From: an uncultured delta proteobacterium
Lineage (GTDB): Bacteria; Desulfobacterota; Binatia; UBA9968
NCBI GenBank assembly: GCA_963728565.1
Contig: CAVSLC010000005.1
Coordinates: forward strand, 192,001-256,000
DNA: 64,000 nucleotides
Reading direction: 5' to 3'
Shown: one piece after another, positions 41,113-51,788 of the stretch
Layout: the number at the start of each line of letters is the position of its first letter
How positions within the stretch are numbered: the stretch's first letter is position 1
Made by a program: the position numbers and the translations under genes
The notes under the pieces: generated by a model
Told to the model about the DNA's origin: nothing
What the model saw: the letters and a program-made list of their open reading frames with translations, nothing else
Databases searched by the model: none

Positions 41113-42102
41113 CTATTTGAGCTCCTTCTGTGCTTCACGGAGAAAAGAGAAATCGACCAGGGAAGGCGCACTTACGGTTACGGTATCTTTTTTCCCGGTA
41201 TCCTGCATCATCGCTAAAATCTGGCGCATTTTTTCGGCGCTGATCTCGCCGTCCGGGGTCAAAATATCCAGTCCATTGGCATACGATTTGGCCGCGATGT
41301 TCTTCGGAATTTCGAAATGGGCCGCGAGGAATTCAATAGCCGACGCTTTGTTGCGGCGAAAGTCATAGAGCGATTGTAGGCTCGCGCGCACGATGCGCCT
41401 CAATTGATCCGGGCTCGATTTAATCCTTTGCGCGCTGGTGACGATGCCGTTCGAAGAGCTGGCGTCAGGCACGGAGTCGCCAAGAAAGGTAAGCATGGTC
41501 AGCCCTTTCTCGGCGCCGATTACGTTGAACGGTGGCGCCAGTACCGCGGCGTCCAGGACGCCGCCCAAGATACTCTGCAGAGCCGTGGGCGAGAATTGAC
41601 CTGAGACGTAGGCAACATCGCGATCCGGATCGATCCCCTGGCGGCGCAGAAAGCGTTTGAGAATGATTTGCGGGGTGTCACCCGGAAAGCTGATGCCGAT
41701 TTTCTTTCCGGTAAGCTGACGGACATCCTTGATTTGCGGCCGCGCCGCCAGCCAAAACGGTGTCTTATGATCGAGGGCAAAAATAAGTTTGAGTGGGAAA
41801 CCCTGGGCGGCGGCGCGCAGCGCAGCGCCGCCGTGCACGATGTAATCGACATCACCCGTACCCAATGCGGCAATCGCCAGATCCGTGCGCAGGGTCATAA
41901 ATTCCAACTCAAATCCCTCGTCGGCAAAAATCCCGTGATGGACACCGAAGTAAAGCGGTGCGTACATCATCGCGATCACCGGTTGAGCCATGCGAATCTT
42001 CGTCGCCGCGGCGCACGGCCATGCCGCCATCAACAAACCGATGACGAAGGCTTTTGGAACATTTCGTTTGAAAGTGTCTCGAATGCCGCTGCAAGATTTC
42101 AT
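41113..42102 (-). CDS. NitT/TauT-family substrate-binding protein
   Basis: LTGKKIGISFPG, LAPPF, LVDFSFL; overlaps the MMPL stop. Confidence 0.85.
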   Translation of the reverse strand: MKSCSGIRDTFKRNVPKAFVIGLLMAAWPCAAATKIRMAQPVIAMMYAPLYFGVHHGIFADEGFELEFMTLRTDLAIAALGTGDVDYIVHGGAALRAAAQGFPLKLIFALDHKTPFWLAARPQIKDVRQLTGKKIGISFPGDTPQIILKRFLRRQGIDPDRDVAYVSGQFSPTALQSILGGVLDAAVLAPPFNVIGAEKGLTMLTFLGDSVPDASSSNGIVTSAQRIKSSPDQLRRIVRASLQSLYDFRRNKASAIEFLAAHFEIPKNIAAKSYANGLDILTPDGEISAEKMRQILAMMQDTGKKDTVTVSAPSLVDFSFLREAQKELK

Positions 42103-44420
42103 GGTTGTTCATCTCTCGCGATGAATTTGGGCTTTAATAGCGCGATCAGCGCCGGCAACAGCAGCAAGCCACCCAGCATGTTCATTGTCAGTATGATCAG
42201 GAGCTGAGTGCCCATCTCAGATTGGAAGCGCAATGGCGAGAAAGCCCAGAAGGCGATGCTTGCCGAGATCAGGAACGCGGTGTACAGAACCGCTTTGCCG
42301 GCGGTCGCCACTCCATCGACGAGCGCCTGCTTTAAATCGCTTCGATTCTGACGCCGGTACTCTTCGATCATCCGCGAAACGATATAAATGCCATAGTCCT
42401 CGCCGAAGCCGACGCCCAGACTGATTACCGGCAGTGTATTGACGTTAAGTCCGACATTCCAGTACGCCATCAGCGCCATGCCGAAGGTATTTGACATCAG
42501 AACGACGCCAACAAACAATATGCCGGCGGTGAGGGAACGAAAGCCGACGGCGCAAAAAATCAATTGCGCAAGCAGCATCAATCCCAAGGTGAGCTTGTCC
42601 GAGCGGGCAATGACTTCATTGGCCGCGGCAAGCACGCCGGCATAGCCGCTGGCGAGCTTGAACTGAGCGGCTTCCATCGGGTTCCGGTCGATAAACTCCG
42701 TCGCCCGATCAATGACTTCACGCAACGTGTCGCCCTTATGATCGTAGAGAAAAAAGGTCACGCGGCCGTGCTGGAAATTGTAATTGACCCATCGATCAAA
42801 ATCGCCGGGCTCGCTGCCATGCTCGGCGACCATCAAGATTCCGCCGACTTCGTCGCCGGTGCGGGGCAAAAGGCTCCAACGCGGATCATTGTAGTGTAAA
42901 ACCGTATTGATCTGACGAGTGAGATCAACCAACGAGTCGCTGGAGCCGACATGGGGTGAGCGCAACATGTGACGCTGAAAAGCTTCGATCTTTTCCAGCA
43001 CTGGCGGCGCCTTCATCGTGCTCTCGGTTTGTCCCTCGACGATGACGTAAAGATGATCAGTTCCCTGGAATTTGTCGTTGATCTGTTTGACGCTCTGGTT
43101 GTAGTCAGAGTCGGGCCAGAGCAGCGGCGAGCCCGGTCGCGAGTCGCCGACTGTGAGAAATTGGTACCAATAGAGGCTCCAACCGATCACCAGGGCAAAT
43201 CCGGCGATGACCACGACGCGGCCCATCGGACCAACGCAGAAACCAGCTATACGGCGGAGCGGCGCTTCGAGCCAATGACCCTCACCGCCTTTTGGTGCCT
43301 GTCGCGGGGTGGGAAAGTAGCAGCAGAGGATCGGGTCGAGGATCACCACGGTTACCAGATTGCTGAGGACCCAGAAGCTTCCCGCGACCGCCAGCTTGGT
43401 GAGTATCGGCATTGGCGCGACCAGGAGAACGGTCAAGCCGATGGCATCCGTCAAGATTGAAACACTACCGGGCATGATCAAGCCGGCCGCCGACTCGACG
43501 GCGGCTTTCTCTTTATCGCCGCAGCGTTCGAGCTCTTCGAAAAAGCGTTCGCGAAATTGGATGGAATGACTGATTGTCCGAGCGGCGATCAAAAACGGTA
43601 CGACCAGAATCAGCGGCTCGAAGTTATATCCCATAAGAGCGCTAAAGCCGGTTCCCCAAATGAAAGTTATGCCGGCAGACAGCAGCGGAATCATGACCCC
43701 GTTTAGATTCCGGTAATAGAGAATCAGAATCGCCAAGATGCTTAAACATGTGAACGCGACGATCAGCGTGATGGAGCTAAGATGATGATAAATCCAGCCG
43801 TAGAGAATCGGTTCGCCGGCGGCGAAAACACGGGTATTGGCATCTTCCGCTTGCTTGATTGCTTGTTGAATGCGGTCGAACAACCCGGCATAGTCGAGCC
43901 GTTCTTCGTGAAATGCCGCAGTGATGAGCGCCGCCTTGCCGTCCTCGGAAACGAGCCGCCCGACAATCGTCGGATTGGCGTAAACGATATCGCGCAGCCG
44001 CTCCATTTCGTCGCTATTTTGCGGGACGTTCGGCCACATCACGGGTTGTACTTCGATGCCCCACGCGGTGGCGCGCACGTCTTTAACCTTCTGTCGAGCG
44101 ATGGAAAATATCTGGTAATTGTTCGCGCCCGGAGTTTGCTCGATCATCTCGGTGAGTTTTTTAATTTTCTCCAAAGCCGGAATGTTGAAGATATCTCCCT
44201 CGGAGACCTCTAGGGACAGGAGCACGACGTTGGCGCCGCCGAAGGTCTTCCAAAATCGGTCATGGACACGAATGTAGGGATGATCGACCGGCAAAAGATC
44301 CGAAAAGGCGGTGTACATTTCGATTTTGACTGAAAGGTAGGCAAACCACATGGTGGCGGCGACGATGACGCCTAAAATGATTGCGCGCTTATTTACAATG
44401 AAGATGGCGAGGCGTCTCAT
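42099..44420 (-). CDS. MMPL/RND-family membrane protein
   Basis: Two repeats of TM + large periplasmic domain + multiple TMs; GFGEDYGIY. Confidence 0.9.
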   Translation of the reverse strand: MRRLAIFIVNKRAIILGVIVAATMWFAYLSVKIEMYTAFSDLLPVDHPYIRVHDRFWKTFGGANVVLLSLEVSEGDIFNIPALEKIKKLTEMIEQTPGANNYQIFSIARQKVKDVRATAWGIEVQPVMWPNVPQNSDEMERLRDIVYANPTIVGRLVSEDGKAALITAAFHEERLDYAGLFDRIQQAIKQAEDANTRVFAAGEPILYGWIYHHLSSITLIVAFTCLSILAILILYYRNLNGVMIPLLSAGITFIWGTGFSALMGYNFEPLILVVPFLIAARTISHSIQFRERFFEELERCGDKEKAAVESAAGLIMPGSVSILTDAIGLTVLLVAPMPILTKLAVAGSFWVLSNLVTVVILDPILCCYFPTPRQAPKGGEGHWLEAPLRRIAGFCVGPMGRVVVIAGFALVIGWSLYWYQFLTVGDSRPGSPLLWPDSDYNQSVKQINDKFQGTDHLYVIVEGQTESTMKAPPVLEKIEAFQRHMLRSPHVGSSDSLVDLTRQINTVLHYNDPRWSLLPRTGDEVGGILMVAEHGSEPGDFDRWVNYNFQHGRVTFFLYDHKGDTLREVIDRATEFIDRNPMEAAQFKLASGYAGVLAAANEVIARSDKLTLGLMLLAQLIFCAVGFRSLTAGILFVGVVLMSNTFGMALMAYWNVGLNVNTLPVISLGVGFGEDYGIYIVSRMIEEYRRQNRSDLKQALVDGVATAGKAVLYTAFLISASIAFWAFSPLRFQSEMGTQLLIILTMNMLGGLLLLPALIALLKPKFIARDEQP

Positions 44421-45448
44421 CGGGCGCTTTGTCGGTTTTCCGGCGTTCGGGTGATGATCTTGAGCCGTTGCCAGCTCTTGCCGCCGTCTTCGGTTCTCAG
44501 CACGAGCCCACGATTGCCAACCACCAGACCGAAGCCGTCTTTGCCGAAGGCAATGGCGTTCAAGCTAAGACGTGGGATCTGCAGTTCGGCCTGGCGCCAG
44601 TTTGCGTTGTCAACATCCGATTGGAGCAGCGTGCCTCTTTCGCCAACCGCCCAGATGCGCCCGTTGAATTCGTCTGCGGCGAAGAGATGGTGAGTCGCTT
44701 TTACGCCATGGGATTCTTCACGCTGCCGAACGATGTCCCAGCGGGATCCGGCCTTGGTATTGAGCACGAGTCCGTCGAGGCCGAAGGCGTACCCGTTGCC
44801 TGGTGCCGTGAATAGCAGCGCGAATAAATTCTGGCTCGCGCCGCTGTCAAACGAAACTTCGACCGGGCTTTTTTGCTTCACCCAGCTCTTACCGCCGTCC
44901 GAACTCTGAAAAATCACGCCAAATTCACCGGCGAGCCATCCCCGCGAAGCGCTGGCGAAGGTGACTGCGTTGAAAGTGAAATCGCCGGGAACTACATTCT
45001 TGCTCCATGAGCGACCACCATCGCTGGTTCGGATAGTCATGCCCCGGCTGCCGGCCAGCCAACCGTGGCTCTCATCCAGCCAATGCGAAGCAAACAAATG
45101 TTCTGCAATGTTCAGCGGCTGAGGCCGCCAACTCTTGCCGCCGTCGCGGGTCCGCAAAACCGTGCCGGAACTGCCGGTGATCCATCCATTTAACGCGCTG
45201 ACGAAACGCACAGTAAATAGAGCTTGGCGCGTCGGGCTTGCTTGGATCTCCCAAGTTTCACCACGATTCGCCGAGTGCAGGATTGTCCCGTAATAGCCGA
45301 CAATCCACGAGAGATTGTCTGAGACGTGAACTCCGTAGAAATTCTCTTGGAGCGCGGGTTCTTTCGAGAGAGTGGCCGCCTGAACAGGAAGAATTGCCGG
45401 AGCTAATCCCAGGATCATCCATATGAGAAAAGCAAAGATGAAACGCAT
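44417..45448 (-). CDS. YCF48-like BNR-repeat beta-propeller
   Basis: Repeated S/T-x-DGGKSW motifs; signal peptide. Confidence 0.88.
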   Translation of the reverse strand: MRFIFAFLIWMILGLAPAILPVQAATLSKEPALQENFYGVHVSDNLSWIVGYYGTILHSANRGETWEIQASPTRQALFTVRFVSALNGWITGSSGTVLRTRDGGKSWRPQPLNIAEHLFASHWLDESHGWLAGSRGMTIRTSDGGRSWSKNVVPGDFTFNAVTFASASRGWLAGEFGVIFQSSDGGKSWVKQKSPVEVSFDSGASQNLFALLFTAPGNGYAFGLDGLVLNTKAGSRWDIVRQREESHGVKATHHLFAADEFNGRIWAVGERGTLLQSDVDNANWRQAELQIPRLSLNAIAFGKDGFGLVVGNRGLVLRTEDGGKSWQRLKIITRTPENRQSAR

Positions 45449-45507
45449 GGAGCGGATTTAGATTCGGAAGTTGGAAAAAAATTGGGATCCATCAACTCAG
45501 CTCGACA

Positions 45508-46758
45508 TTATTCAATCGATCCTCCGCGCATGATGCTCTGCAAGGTTCCGAGGCTAAACATACTGGCCGGATAACCCTGATTATAAGCGCGGGTGGCGGT
45601 AACGATCGTGGTTCGACCGTTCTGAACATTGTGGATGACCACATCGCCCACCGACCAAACTTCACGCCCATCGGCAAGCTTTATTGGGGTGAAGAAACCA
45701 AACTGCTCTTTCCAATAAGCCCCTTTGCCATCCCACATCAACGTCCAATGAGTATCAAAGGTAACCTTATTGAGATGGAGAAGTTTTCTCGGGTAACAAT
45801 AGTTCGAATCCTTGGGAGTGATCTCCAGCACGTGGGTATCCACAACCTCCCACTTCTCATCCAATGGCAAGTAATCGCCGGGTTTGCGCGCAAACGGGAG
45901 ATGCTCCTGGCTGATGTTCGCCAAGATCTTCTTGTCGCCCAGGTACTTGTAATTGAAATCGGTGATTTTGCCGTTGAAGCTATTAATGTCGTCAAGGTTG
46001 AATTCGCTCGGCGCCAAGGTCTGGCATCTCTGGGTTGTGGTGGCGCGCCGGATCCGGCGAATGCTCGGGAGATAAATGTACAAATCATCGGCTCGGCCGG
46101 GATCTTTATAGCGAATCTCCAGCGTCGTCGTACCCGAGGCGTCGCGCGGATAGCTGTCGACCCGAAGCTGCATGAAGTCTATATGTTCGTAGCCCGGAAT
46201 TACGGGCTTGGGGTTCAAGCTGTAGCGGGTGCTGGGAAAAAGAAAGTAGGAAACCAGATCGGCGCGGCGCTCAGAGCCGTCTTTCTCGATGGCCGCGCGT
46301 AGAATTTTGCCGCCCTTAACGGCTCCGCCGGTTTTGTAATCGTCGCCCAACCAGCGATAGAAAAAATTCCAAGCTAGCTTTTGCCCGATCTGGGGATCGC
46401 TCGGATCAAACTTAGGAAACGGCTGGCCGGCCACATAGTTGAGCAGCTCTCCGTTGGGTCCGAGACCCACCTTGCCCGAATATTTTTCCGTCGCTTCCAC
46501 ATATTCCTTGAGTGGCCGATAGGTCTTAGGCGGCTTGATCTGGATTGTGTAACCACCCTTGATTCGGTTTAGTAAATTTTCGCCCACCATGCTCTCGATG
46601 CGCTGCCAATTTTGTGGACCGATGGTGTCCCCCGGCCTTAAATCAGCTTCGGCGGCGGCAGTGATCGCAGGAAAACATAAAAGCATAACGATGTACAAAA
46701 AAATCGACGCAGCGGGATTACAAGCGACCGAGCCTTGACTCTGGGCTATAACCTTCAT
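45508..46758 (-). CDS. DUF1329-like periplasmic protein
   Basis: YVAGQPFP, YLPSIRRIRR, DDINSFNG; operon context. Confidence 0.8.
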   Translation of the reverse strand: MKVIAQSQGSVACNPAASIFLYIVMLLCFPAITAAAEADLRPGDTIGPQNWQRIESMVGENLLNRIKGGYTIQIKPPKTYRPLKEYVEATEKYSGKVGLGPNGELLNYVAGQPFPKFDPSDPQIGQKLAWNFFYRWLGDDYKTGGAVKGGKILRAAIEKDGSERRADLVSYFLFPSTRYSLNPKPVIPGYEHIDFMQLRVDSYPRDASGTTTLEIRYKDPGRADDLYIYLPSIRRIRRATTTQRCQTLAPSEFNLDDINSFNGKITDFNYKYLGDKKILANISQEHLPFARKPGDYLPLDEKWEVVDTHVLEITPKDSNYCYPRKLLHLNKVTFDTHWTLMWDGKGAYWKEQFGFFTPIKLADGREVWSVGDVVIHNVQNGRTTIVTATRAYNQGYPASMFSLGTLQSIMRGGSIE

Positions 46759-46779
46759 TCTAAATCTCCCAATGGTAAG

Positions 46780-48456
46780 CTAAAATTGGTAGCGCATCTT
46801 CAGAAAGACCGAATCTTTTTCGGAGAAAAGTCCCAAACCACCAAATTTATTGTGGCCGCCGTAGATGGCGCTGGTCAGGGTAAGTTGAATCTTCTCGTTC
46901 CAGGGTGGCTGATAAGTAATCGCCGGGTTGGCCGAATAGTATCCGGCCGGATCATAGCCGAGAAAAACATCCGGGAGAATCGTATCGCCTAGATATCCCG
47001 TGCCGATTCTAAAGGTAAATAAGGTCGAAACCCGCTCGATTTTTGTTGCATGGCCGAAAGCGCGAATGCCGTCCTCATGGTTCAAAATTATGCTTTGGAA
47101 AACTTGCAAACTCATACGAAAGGGGCGCCAGGGATCGTCTTGAAGAAACGGAATAAATGTCGACCGGTCAAAGCCCAGAGCATACCGGATGGTATGCTTC
47201 TCGACGACATTGTCCGAATGCTCACAGCTGGGACCGGCTCTCAAACCCGTCGGTGCGCCCGTCGTACAATTTCGCCCGGGGAATTCGCCGATGTTGTAAG
47301 GTTTGTCCGGATAAAAAGCGAGTTCCCCCCTCATCGCAGATTTAATAGGAATACCCAACGGCTCCCCAACTGGATAGTTAAAATGAGCGGCGAAAATATT
47401 GGTCTGATCGTTGACCAGATCAGCCCGCACCAGGGTTCCTCCTGGGGGGCAGGCGGGTGGCCCGCAAGAAATCGGCGCACCTTTCAATTTGAAAACCAAA
47501 TCATTGGCTTGAGGATTGTAACCGCGTATGTAACCGATACCGGCATTTAGCTCACCAAAGCTGTGCGTAATCCGGCCACCGATTTTCCACGCATCGCCGG
47601 CATCGGGATAATCTCTCTTAAAGGCAGGCACCACGACGGGTGCTGGTCCAACCGGGTTGGCAAAAAGACGAGCAACCGGCATGCGGGATTCGGGGTGCGC
47701 GGACCATCGTCCGTATCTTAGATCGCCGTCGGCTTTGCCGTCGCTGATATCGTTGGTCGGTGCAAACTCATCGACTCGGTCCTTCTTATTCTCGAAACCG
47801 GGATTGCCAAAAAGTTCTAGAATTGTGTTGCTGACCGGGCGTACCGTATACAGCATTCGGATTCCCCACTGGGGCACTCGGGTTTCTTCCAAACTAAAAA
47901 GATTGACAGCAGCGGGTGGGGAAAACGTTAGGTTTTGGGGATTGATGACGTCCAAAAGCCTCTGTCCGTCCGTTTCTCCCCATGAGATGAACTGCCGGCC
48001 GACTCTTAGATGCAATCCATCGGCGGGTAGAATGTCTGCCACTGCCTCCCACGGCACGCCTTTGTACTCAGAATAGAAATCCGCAGGCAATGCTCGGCCG
48101 GTTCCCGCTGGTTGCACAGTAGCCTCCCGGCTTTTGGTTTCGGCGCTGTAACGGGGCTCGGCAACGAATCTCCAGGAAAGGAAAAGTTTGAAACTTTCCG
48201 TGAATTCAAAATTAAACTCCGGTTGAATGGTAAACCGGTTCATGATGAAGCGATTCGACGTATCGAAAAAACGGCTCCCACGGCTTATGGAGAACCCGGT
48301 TGTATTCTCGACGAACCCGCCGAACGAGACCTTTTCTTCGAAAAACTTTTCCCAGTCATTGCTAAGTACGGACTGACCGGCTGCGGATCCGCCGAAAACA
48401 ACGCTCATAAGAATCGCCATAGCCAGCGAGAAGAGTCTTCGTTGCGTCAATTCCAT
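46780..48456 (-). CDS. DUF1302-like outer-membrane beta-barrel
   Basis: GRQFISWGETDG.RLLDVINP; C-terminal RYQF; signal peptide. Confidence 0.8.
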   Translation of the reverse strand: MELTQRRLFSLAMAILMSVVFGGSAAGQSVLSNDWEKFFEEKVSFGGFVENTTGFSISRGSRFFDTSNRFIMNRFTIQPEFNFEFTESFKLFLSWRFVAEPRYSAETKSREATVQPAGTGRALPADFYSEYKGVPWEAVADILPADGLHLRVGRQFISWGETDGQRLLDVINPQNLTFSPPAAVNLFSLEETRVPQWGIRMLYTVRPVSNTILELFGNPGFENKKDRVDEFAPTNDISDGKADGDLRYGRWSAHPESRMPVARLFANPVGPAPVVVPAFKRDYPDAGDAWKIGGRITHSFGELNAGIGYIRGYNPQANDLVFKLKGAPISCGPPACPPGGTLVRADLVNDQTNIFAAHFNYPVGEPLGIPIKSAMRGELAFYPDKPYNIGEFPGRNCTTGAPTGLRAGPSCEHSDNVVEKHTIRYALGFDRSTFIPFLQDDPWRPFRMSLQVFQSIILNHEDGIRAFGHATKIERVSTLFTFRIGTGYLGDTILPDVFLGYDPAGYYSANPAITYQPPWNEKIQLTLTSAIYGGHNKFGGLGLFSEKDSVFLKMRYQF

Positions 48457-48555
48457 GATGCGCCTCCGCCTAACTCGGTGATTATGTTTTCACTAATGGT
48501 TCGTGATAATTTCAGAGGTACGATGGGATTATTCATTTATAGTTCGAAAGTTAAT

Positions 48556-50055
48556 ATGTCAAGCAAATCGGTCGCGCTGCTATCGTCAGCCATTCTTCTA
48601 GCCGCGCCGTATCTCGCGCCCAGCTTATTTCCGCTTGCTTGGATCGCCTTCGTGCCGCTTTTTTGGGTTATCGGTAAAGCGGAAACATGGCGCCGGGCGG
48701 TTCTGTATGGCTGGCTGATGGGCACTGTCGCTCACCTGCTCGGATTTCACTGGCTTGTCTACACCATCAATGTGTTCGGCGGTTTTCCCTATCCGATTAG
48801 CAGCCTTGTCTTCCTGCTCTACGCGATTCTACAGGGATTGCAGATGGCAATCTTTGCCTTTCTTGTGCGCCGGCTTGGATTCGGACCCTTACAGGTATTG
48901 CCGGCAGTATTCTGGGTTGCACTCGAATTCTGGTTTCCGCTGCTGTTTCCCTGGTACTTCGCCAACAGCCAGGTTTCGTTTTCGCTGTTCATTCAAACGG
49001 CCGATCTGGTCGGTCCTTATGGGGCAAGCTTTTTATTGATGTGGTTCAGTGCCGCGGCTTATCGGATCATTTACCCCGGCGATGAGGCTCGCCGCTCGCA
49101 CCTACCGGCGCTCGTGTGCTGCGTCGCCATGGTTATATTGTCGCTGATCTATGGCTACCAGCGTTTAGGTGCCGTGGAGGAAGAAATCGCTGCGGCGCGC
49201 AAGTTGCCGGTGGCGGCAGTGCAGGGGAATATCGACATCGACCTGAAGTGGAATCCATCTTTGGTAAAGCAAAATCTTCAGAAGCACAAAGACTTAACCG
49301 GCGAGTTGGACGGCGTGTCTTTAGTGATCTGGCCGGAATCCGCGGTTGAGGTTTGGTTACCCGACCAGTTGCAGTATTTGCCCGACGATTTGATGCCGCC
49401 GCTGCCGGAGCAATCACACTTTATCTTCGGTGCAAAAAGCTTCCGCGGCAAACCCGGTACTGCGAACTTTATGGCGTTCAACACGGCCTTTTTCACCGAT
49501 GCGCCTGGTCGGGTCTTGGGAATATATCACAAGCAGGTCCTGCTCGCGTTTGGCGAGTATCTGCCGTTTGCCAAAGTGCTGAGATTGCTTCCGGCAATGC
49601 CGTTCGCCGACGGTTTTACCGCGGGGAGCGGTCCTGTTGCGTTTGACATGCCGGGCGGCATTCGCATTGGCTCGCTGATCTGCTACGAAGATTTGATGCC
49701 AAACCTGTCCCGCAATTTCGTCAAAGGAACTGGCGCCAACCTGCTGGTGAATCTTACCAACGACGCTTGGTACGGCAAATCGGTTGGACCCTGGCAACAC
49801 GCGCGCCTGGCGCAATCCCGTGCCATCGAAACCCGCCGCAGTTTACTCCGTATCACCAACACCGGAGTGACCTCACTGGTTAACGCTAAAGGAGAACTGG
49901 TTGAATCTTTGCCGATGTTTGTGCCGGACGTACTAAAAGCCGAGGTGGCTATCTTGGACGGACAGACCTACTATGTTCGCTATGGCGACTGGTTCGCGTG
50001 GGCTATGACAATCATCACGTTAGCGATTCTTCTTTTCCATCTGAAGAGAAGATAA
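48556..50055 (+). CDS. lnt: Apolipoprotein N-acyltransferase
   Basis: QGNI, WPES, YHKQVLLAFGEY, ICYE, TNDAWY. Confidence 0.93.
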   Translation: MSSKSVALLSSAILLAAPYLAPSLFPLAWIAFVPLFWVIGKAETWRRAVLYGWLMGTVAHLLGFHWLVYTINVFGGFPYPISSLVFLLYAILQGLQMAIFAFLVRRLGFGPLQVLPAVFWVALEFWFPLLFPWYFANSQVSFSLFIQTADLVGPYGASFLLMWFSAAAYRIIYPGDEARRSHLPALVCCVAMVILSLIYGYQRLGAVEEEIAAARKLPVAAVQGNIDIDLKWNPSLVKQNLQKHKDLTGELDGVSLVIWPESAVEVWLPDQLQYLPDDLMPPLPEQSHFIFGAKSFRGKPGTANFMAFNTAFFTDAPGRVLGIYHKQVLLAFGEYLPFAKVLRLLPAMPFADGFTAGSGPVAFDMPGGIRIGSLICYEDLMPNLSRNFVKGTGANLLVNLTNDAWYGKSVGPWQHARLAQSRAIETRRSLLRITNTGVTSLVNAKGELVESLPMFVPDVLKAEVAILDGQTYYVRYGDWFAWAMTIITLAILLFHLKRR

Positions 50056-50196
50056 CCGATAAGCCCGGCTGACTGTTTGGTCCTGGCGCCAAGTAAAAAA
50101 CACGCCCTAGAGGGAAAAATCGCTAGACCGAAAAATCGATGGCGCAATAATGTTGTTTCTGAACGCGCCTCCTTTCTATTTTTTTCCGTTCAAAAA

Positions 50197-51516
50197 TTAG
50201 TCGTCGATCGGCAACGGTAGGCCGGGAATTTTCAGCTCCTGGTCCATGCAGGAGATTTTACCGATGTTGGATCCGGCCGGGCTGACTTCGCCGCCCGTAT
50301 TAGGGGAATTGTCCCGCCGATTACCGTCAGACTGAGATGTGCAGAAGACTTTTCCGGTAAGGAATGGACTCGTTGGAAATTCAAGAATGTGGTTGTTGCC
50401 TACCGACTGCTCGCCCGCGTTTCTCAAACCAACTCCGAATGGCGCCGGCTGAGGTAGATTAACGGGATTGCGAAAAACTTCGATGACCCTTCGATCTTTG
50501 GTGACCACGGCCACCGCATTTCGTTCATTCGCAGCCACCCAGACATTTCCCTCCCGGTCGAGCGCGATGCCATCGCCGCCCTCGAGAATCGGATGAGCGA
50601 CCAAGACGTTACTGAGGCACAGAGTATTAGCGGTAAAGGTGGTATCGCACCCGGTCGGACTTTTGAGGTTTCCATCCCGATCGAATTCGATCTTCCAAAG
50701 CGCTCCCCGAGCGGTATCGATATTGAAAAGATCGCCCTTCTTATTGAAGGCTAAACCGTTCGCCACCAGCGGCTGGGAACCAAGGACGCAAGGAGGACCC
50801 GGCGGCGTCGGACAGCCAACGTTGTTAAGAGCGGCATTGCGGCTGGTAGGCGTGACCGTTATCGTCCCTAACGGCAACGCACGGACGTCACGACCGACCC
50901 CACCGACACCATTAACGAGGTTCACCTCATTGGCCATCGGCTGAATCCTAAATACCTCCTGGCAGTTAACCGGCGGTGCGGCAGTGCAGTTTGCGCCGGA
51001 GCCGGTTATTTTCCAAACTCTTCCCTGACCGGTCGTGCCGTCGCTGGCCCAGAGATTCCCTTTATTGTCGAAGGCAAGTCCGTTGGCTCCGGGCGCGCCG
51101 GAGGCAAAAACCGTCGCCGTCGGCGGCGGCGTGCTCGCGTTTGGTTTGAAGGTATAAATGGTTCCCGCGGCTCCGTCGGCAACGAACAGGTCGCCGCTTT
51201 CATTGAAAGCGATACCGGAGAAGCCGCAGTTTCCGGTAGCCGGGTTAACCGACCCCACCTCAGTCAGGATAGGGTTGTTTAGATTGATCTGCCAAATGGG
51301 GCAAGGAGACATGCCGGAGCCGCCTGTATATAAATTGCGGTGGTTGTCGCCGGTCAGCCCCTCAATCGGGCGTGGAGTGGTGATCAGCGTGGTGAAAGTG
51401 GCATTGTTTGGAAACTGTCGGCTGTCGTCATCGTCTTGCCGAGCCGCGAACAAACCTGGGCCGATGACGGCGATAACGAAAATAATGACCATAGAGGTGA
51501 ACCATCGTTTTTTCAT
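50197..51516 (-). CDS. Secreted beta-propeller (SMP-30/NHL-like)
   Basis: Repeats GIAFN, NGLAFD, NGLAFN, DGIALD; signal peptide. Confidence 0.72.
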   Translation of the reverse strand: MKKRWFTSMVIIFVIAVIGPGLFAARQDDDDSRQFPNNATFTTLITTPRPIEGLTGDNHRNLYTGGSGMSPCPIWQINLNNPILTEVGSVNPATGNCGFSGIAFNESGDLFVADGAAGTIYTFKPNASTPPPTATVFASGAPGANGLAFDNKGNLWASDGTTGQGRVWKITGSGANCTAAPPVNCQEVFRIQPMANEVNLVNGVGGVGRDVRALPLGTITVTPTSRNAALNNVGCPTPPGPPCVLGSQPLVANGLAFNKKGDLFNIDTARGALWKIEFDRDGNLKSPTGCDTTFTANTLCLSNVLVAHPILEGGDGIALDREGNVWVAANERNAVAVVTKDRRVIEVFRNPVNLPQPAPFGVGLRNAGEQSVGNNHILEFPTSPFLTGKVFCTSQSDGNRRDNSPNTGGEVSPAGSNIGKISCMDQELKIPGLPLPIDD

Positions 51517-51788
51517 AAGACTCCTCCTTGCTGTTTGAATACGCCAATCATTTGTCCCGGCCGTTAAACGAGGTGAGCTATCCCGAAACTGCTGAAACGT
51601 GTCAAGCCTTTTTTAGCGAGGGGCAAATATAGAAAGGACGGTTGGTTTACTGCGATAAAGTCTCACTGGCGGCGAGTATCAGTTCAACTTTACGCTTCGC
51701 CGTTACATCAACGGATTGATGCAAGCCGATGAGGCAGGGTAAATGCTAGTTTGTTGACCAGAGAACTCGTCCCGGCAAACTTCCAACC

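Noticed and set aside
48112-48555. Long N-terminal extension of lnt
   Set aside because: It overlaps the DUF1302 gene on the opposite strand; a normal-length start exists at 48556.
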